The notes under the pieces were generated by a model. The model did not search any database, was not told the origin of the DNA, and worked only from the letters and a program-made list of their open reading frames with translations. The position numbers were made by a program, and so were the translations under genes. A DNA stretch of 64,000 nt from Macrostomum lignano (taxonomy: Eukaryota). Shown here one piece after another: positions 59,941 through 64,000 of the stretch; position 1 is the stretch's first letter, and each line of letters opens with the position of its first letter. The stretch covers positions 62,001 to 126,000 of the forward strand of contig NIVC01001441.1 of NCBI GenBank assembly GCA_002269645.1, written 5' to 3'.

Positions 59941-61184
59941 GATGATGGATTCTCAGCAGGATTGACCCTGCCAATGCAGAGCGAAGTGGCTGCGGCTCAT
60001 GGGACACAGAAGGGCAGGCCTGTGCTGCAGGGCCAGCAGCTGAAAGAGTGAATGGATGAACACGGGGGCAGCAGCGGGCATGCATCAATGTCAGGGCTGG
60101 AGAGCATTGGAGCCAGTGAAGTGAGGAGAAGATGAGCCCGAGCGAGCAGAAGAGAGAGATCCGGTTGGGAAGATGGATGGGAAAGGGGAGGAGCTTATTT
60201 TTCGAGTAGGCCCCGGTCAAGTCTCTGAGACGGATCAAAGCTCCTCAAACTTCTTCAGCAGCAAGGTTGTTTCGAACCGATCGCATTCGATAGTAGGAAC
60301 AGCCTGTGCACTGATTCAGGCGCGGGCCCAGCGAGCCAACTTCGCTACTGTCAGTAGAGCAGGCGAAAAATTAATTTAGAGCGAGAATAACAAAAATTTA
60401 AAATGGTGCGCCCAGTTAGCCATCAGCATTCACTCTGGACTTTCCGACTTCCAGACAAGCTTTCAGAGACCGCGGGGGACATTAAACGCGCATATTGTCC
60501 AATTTGAAGCTAAAAAGCCTCCCATAAATTTGTGCTCTGGACCGCCCCTCCGTCGCAGGCTGCCGACACCTCCCTCGTCCCCTCATTGCCGATAGACTAA
60601 TTAATAATCCGCCAGCATCAGACCCACATCCTGTCGTTTTCTCCTGTTTTATTCTCTCAAAGCATTTCTGCCCTCCTTCGGCCGATTCCCTGGGGGGGGG
60701 GGTTCGGGAGGGAGGAAGACTGCGTGTGTTTATACACTGCATTGTCTGGCGGGGTCAAGCAACAATGCAGGTGGGAGGCTGGAGGCTGTCAGTCAGGTAG
60801 ATTTGCGGCACAATCAGCAGGCGGATGGGAATACTGATAAATAGATATTCTTCAAACTAGTGCAATGGCTGGGGTTTTATTATATAATCAATCACCCATT
60901 ATCGAGTGCAATTACTAAATTTGTACCTGTCTATCAGGAAGCTTATCCCGGATTAGTTATTACTAAGCAGTAGCAGCATTTGTACTTTTAATTATTTTCT
61001 TGTCAGAATTCTGACTACAGCTGACAGGATTTAATTAACAGGTTGCAAGTCAGCTGCCGCCACGCTGGATGTTTCATCAGGGAATGCACTGTGAGATCAA
61101 ACACGACTTCGGATCCCAAGGAGAGAGAAAATTAATCTTGAATATAAAACTCGCATCGAGCAACCCCAAGCTGACACGAACCAT

Positions 61185-64000
61185 CCAGCTCACAATAAGC
61201 TACCCCAACTCACACCAAGCTACCCCAACTCACAACAAGCTATACTCAACTCACAACAAGCTACACCTAACTCACAACAAGCTACACTCAACTCACAACA
61301 AGCTACACCTAACTCACAACAAGCTACACCCAACTCACAACAAGCTACACTCAACTCACAACAAGCTACACTCAACTCACAACAACCAACATCCAACTCA
61401 CAAGCTACACTCAACTCACAACAAGCTACACTCAACTCACAACAACCAACAACCAACTCACAAGCTACACTCAACTCACAACAAGCTACACTCAACTCAC
61501 AACAACCAACAACCAACTCACAAGCTACACCCAACTCACAACAAGCTACACCCAACTCACAACAAGCAACACCCAACTCACAACAAGCTACACCCAACTC
61601 ACAACAAGCTACACCCAACTCACAACAAGCTACACCCAACTCACAACAAGCTACACCCAACTCACAACAAGCTACACTCAACTCACAACAAGCTACACCC
61701 AACTCACAACAAGCTACACTCAACTCACAACAAGCTACACCCAACTCACAACAAGCTACCCCAAATCACACCAAGCTACCCCAACTCACACCAAGCTACC
61801 CCAACTCACACCAAGCTACCCCAACTCACACCAAGCTACCCCAACTCACAACAAGCTACACCCAACTCACAACAAGCTACACCCAACTCACAACAAGCTA
61901 CCCCAACTCACAACAAGCTACAACCAACTCACAACAAGCTACAACCAACTCACAACAAGCTACACCCAACTCACAACAAGCTACCCCAACTCACAACAAG
62001 CTACACCCAACTCACAACAAGCTACAACCAACTCACAACAAGCTACACCCAACTCACAACAAGCTACCCCAACTCACAACAAGCTACACTCAACTCACAA
62101 CAACCAACAACCAACTCACAAGCTACACCCAACTCACAACAAGCTACCCCAACTCACAACAAGCTACAACCAACTCACAACAAGCTACCCCAACTCACAC
62201 CAAGCTACCCCAACTCACACCAAGCTACCCCAACTCACACCAAGCTACCCCAACTCACAACAAGCTACACCCAACTGACAACAAGCTACACCCAACTCAC
62301 AACAAGCTACAACCAACTCACAACAAGCTACACCCAACTCACAACAAGCTACCCCAACTCACACCAAGCTACCCCAACTCACACCAAGCTACCCCAACTC
62401 ACACCAAGCTACCCCAACTCACACCAAGCTACCCCAACTCACAACAAGCTACACCCAACTCACAACAAGCTACACCCAACTCACAACAAGCTACACCCAA
62501 CTCACAACAAGCTACACCCAACTCACAACAAGCTACAACCAACTCACAACAAGCTACACCCAACTCACAACAAGCTACCCCAACTCACACCAAGCTACCC
62601 CAACTCACACCAAGCTACCCCAACTCACACCAAGCTACCCCAACTCACACCAAGCTACCCCAACTCACACCAAGCTACCCCAACTCACACCAAGCTACCC
62701 CAACTCACACCAAGCTACCCCAACTCACACCAAGCTACCCCAACTCACAACAAGCTACACCCAACTCACAACAAGCTACACCCAACTCACAACAAGCTAC
62801 ACCCAACTGACAACAAGCTACACCCAACTCACAACAAGCTACAACCAACTCACAACAAGCTACACCCAACTCACAACAAGCTACACCCAACTCACAACAA
62901 GCTACACCCAACTCACAACAAGCTACACCTAACTCACAACAAGCTACAACCAACTCACAACAAGCTGCACCCAACTCACAACAAGCTACACTCAACTCAC
63001 AACAAGCTACCCCAACTCACACCAAGCTACCCCAACTCACACCAAGCTACCCCAACTCACACCAAGCTACCCCAACTCACAACAAGCTACCCCAACTCAC
63101 ACCAAGCTACCCCAACTCACAACAAGCTACACCCAACTCACAACAAGCTACACCCAACTGACAACAAGCTACCCCAACTCACAACAAGCTACAACCAACT
63201 CACAACAAGCTACAACCAACTCACAACAAGCTACCCCAACTCACACCAAGCTACCCCAACTCACACCAAGCTACCCCAACTCACACCAAGCTACCCCAAC
63301 TCACACCAAGCTACCCCAACTCACAACAAGCTACACCCAACTCACAACAAGCTACACCCAACTCACAACAAGCTACACCCAACTCACAACAAGCTACACC
63401 CAACTCACAACAAGCTACACCCAACTCACAACAAGCTACACCCAACTCACAACAAGCTACCCCAACTCACACCAAGCTACCCCAACTCACACCAAGCTAC
63501 CCCAACTCACACCAAGCTACCCCAACTCACACCAAGCTACCCCAACTCACACCAAGCTACCCCAACTCACACCAAGCTACCCCAACTCACACCAAGCTAC
63601 CCCAACTCACACCAAGCTACCCCAACTCACAACAAGCTACACCCAACTCACAACAAGCTACACCCAACTCACAACAAGCTACACCCAACTGACAACAAGC
63701 TACACCCAACTCACAACAAGCTACAACCAACTGACAACAAGCTACACCCAACTCACAACAAGCTACACCCAACTCACAACAAGCTACACCCAACTGACAA
63801 CAAGCTACACCCAACTCACAACAAGCTACAACCAACTGACAACAAGCTACACCCAACTCACAACAAGCTACACCCAACTCACAACAAGCTACACCCAACT
63901 CACAACAAGCTACACCTAACTCACAACAAGCTACAACCAACTCACAACAAGCTACACCCAACTCACACCAAGCTACACTCAACTCACAACAAGCTACCCC
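61185..64000. repeat. 20-21-bp minisatellite CAACTCACAACAAGCTACACC, runs off the window end
   Basis: Array of more than 2.8 kb; source of the GVACCEL ORFs. Confidence 0.96.

Overview
Eukaryotic, minisatellite-rich animal DNA; the gene content and repeat landscape suggest a free-living flatworm such as Macrostomum (inference, not verified). About 45 kb (13074-58447, minus strand) is one multi-exon L-type voltage-gated calcium channel alpha-1 gene (Cav1). I reconstructed it by hand as 34 exons and about 2319 aa, with an EEEE selectivity filter, AID, IQ and RRAIS motifs, and every junction GT-AG and phase-compatible. One 1-nt frameshift sits in the domain III pore codons and is probably an assembly error. 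The gene carries two duplicated, frame-incompatible (mutually exclusive) exon pairs. One pair encodes IIIS3. The other encodes the domain IV turret plus IVS6 and swaps a dihydropyridine-site residue (FYML vs FYVI). There is also a candidate IVS3-S4 microexon and a possible 42A-like short C-terminus. A Cav1 intron holds a same-strand nested mini-Crumbs ORF (TM + GxY FERM motif + EERLI, no EGF/laminin-G ectodomain). Downstream on the minus strand are an intronless myosin essential light chain, an intronless universal stress protein and an alpha-tubulin with two upstream RFX X-box motifs. The 3' end of a TESK/LIMK-like kinase lies on the plus strand at the left edge. Also present: a tRNA-derived SINE family (one full copy with a 13-bp TSD), a MITE inserted in a SINE, and about 35 distinct tandem repeats, one resembling the MITE terminus. 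Most long ORFs in the supplied track are repeat or antisense artefacts.
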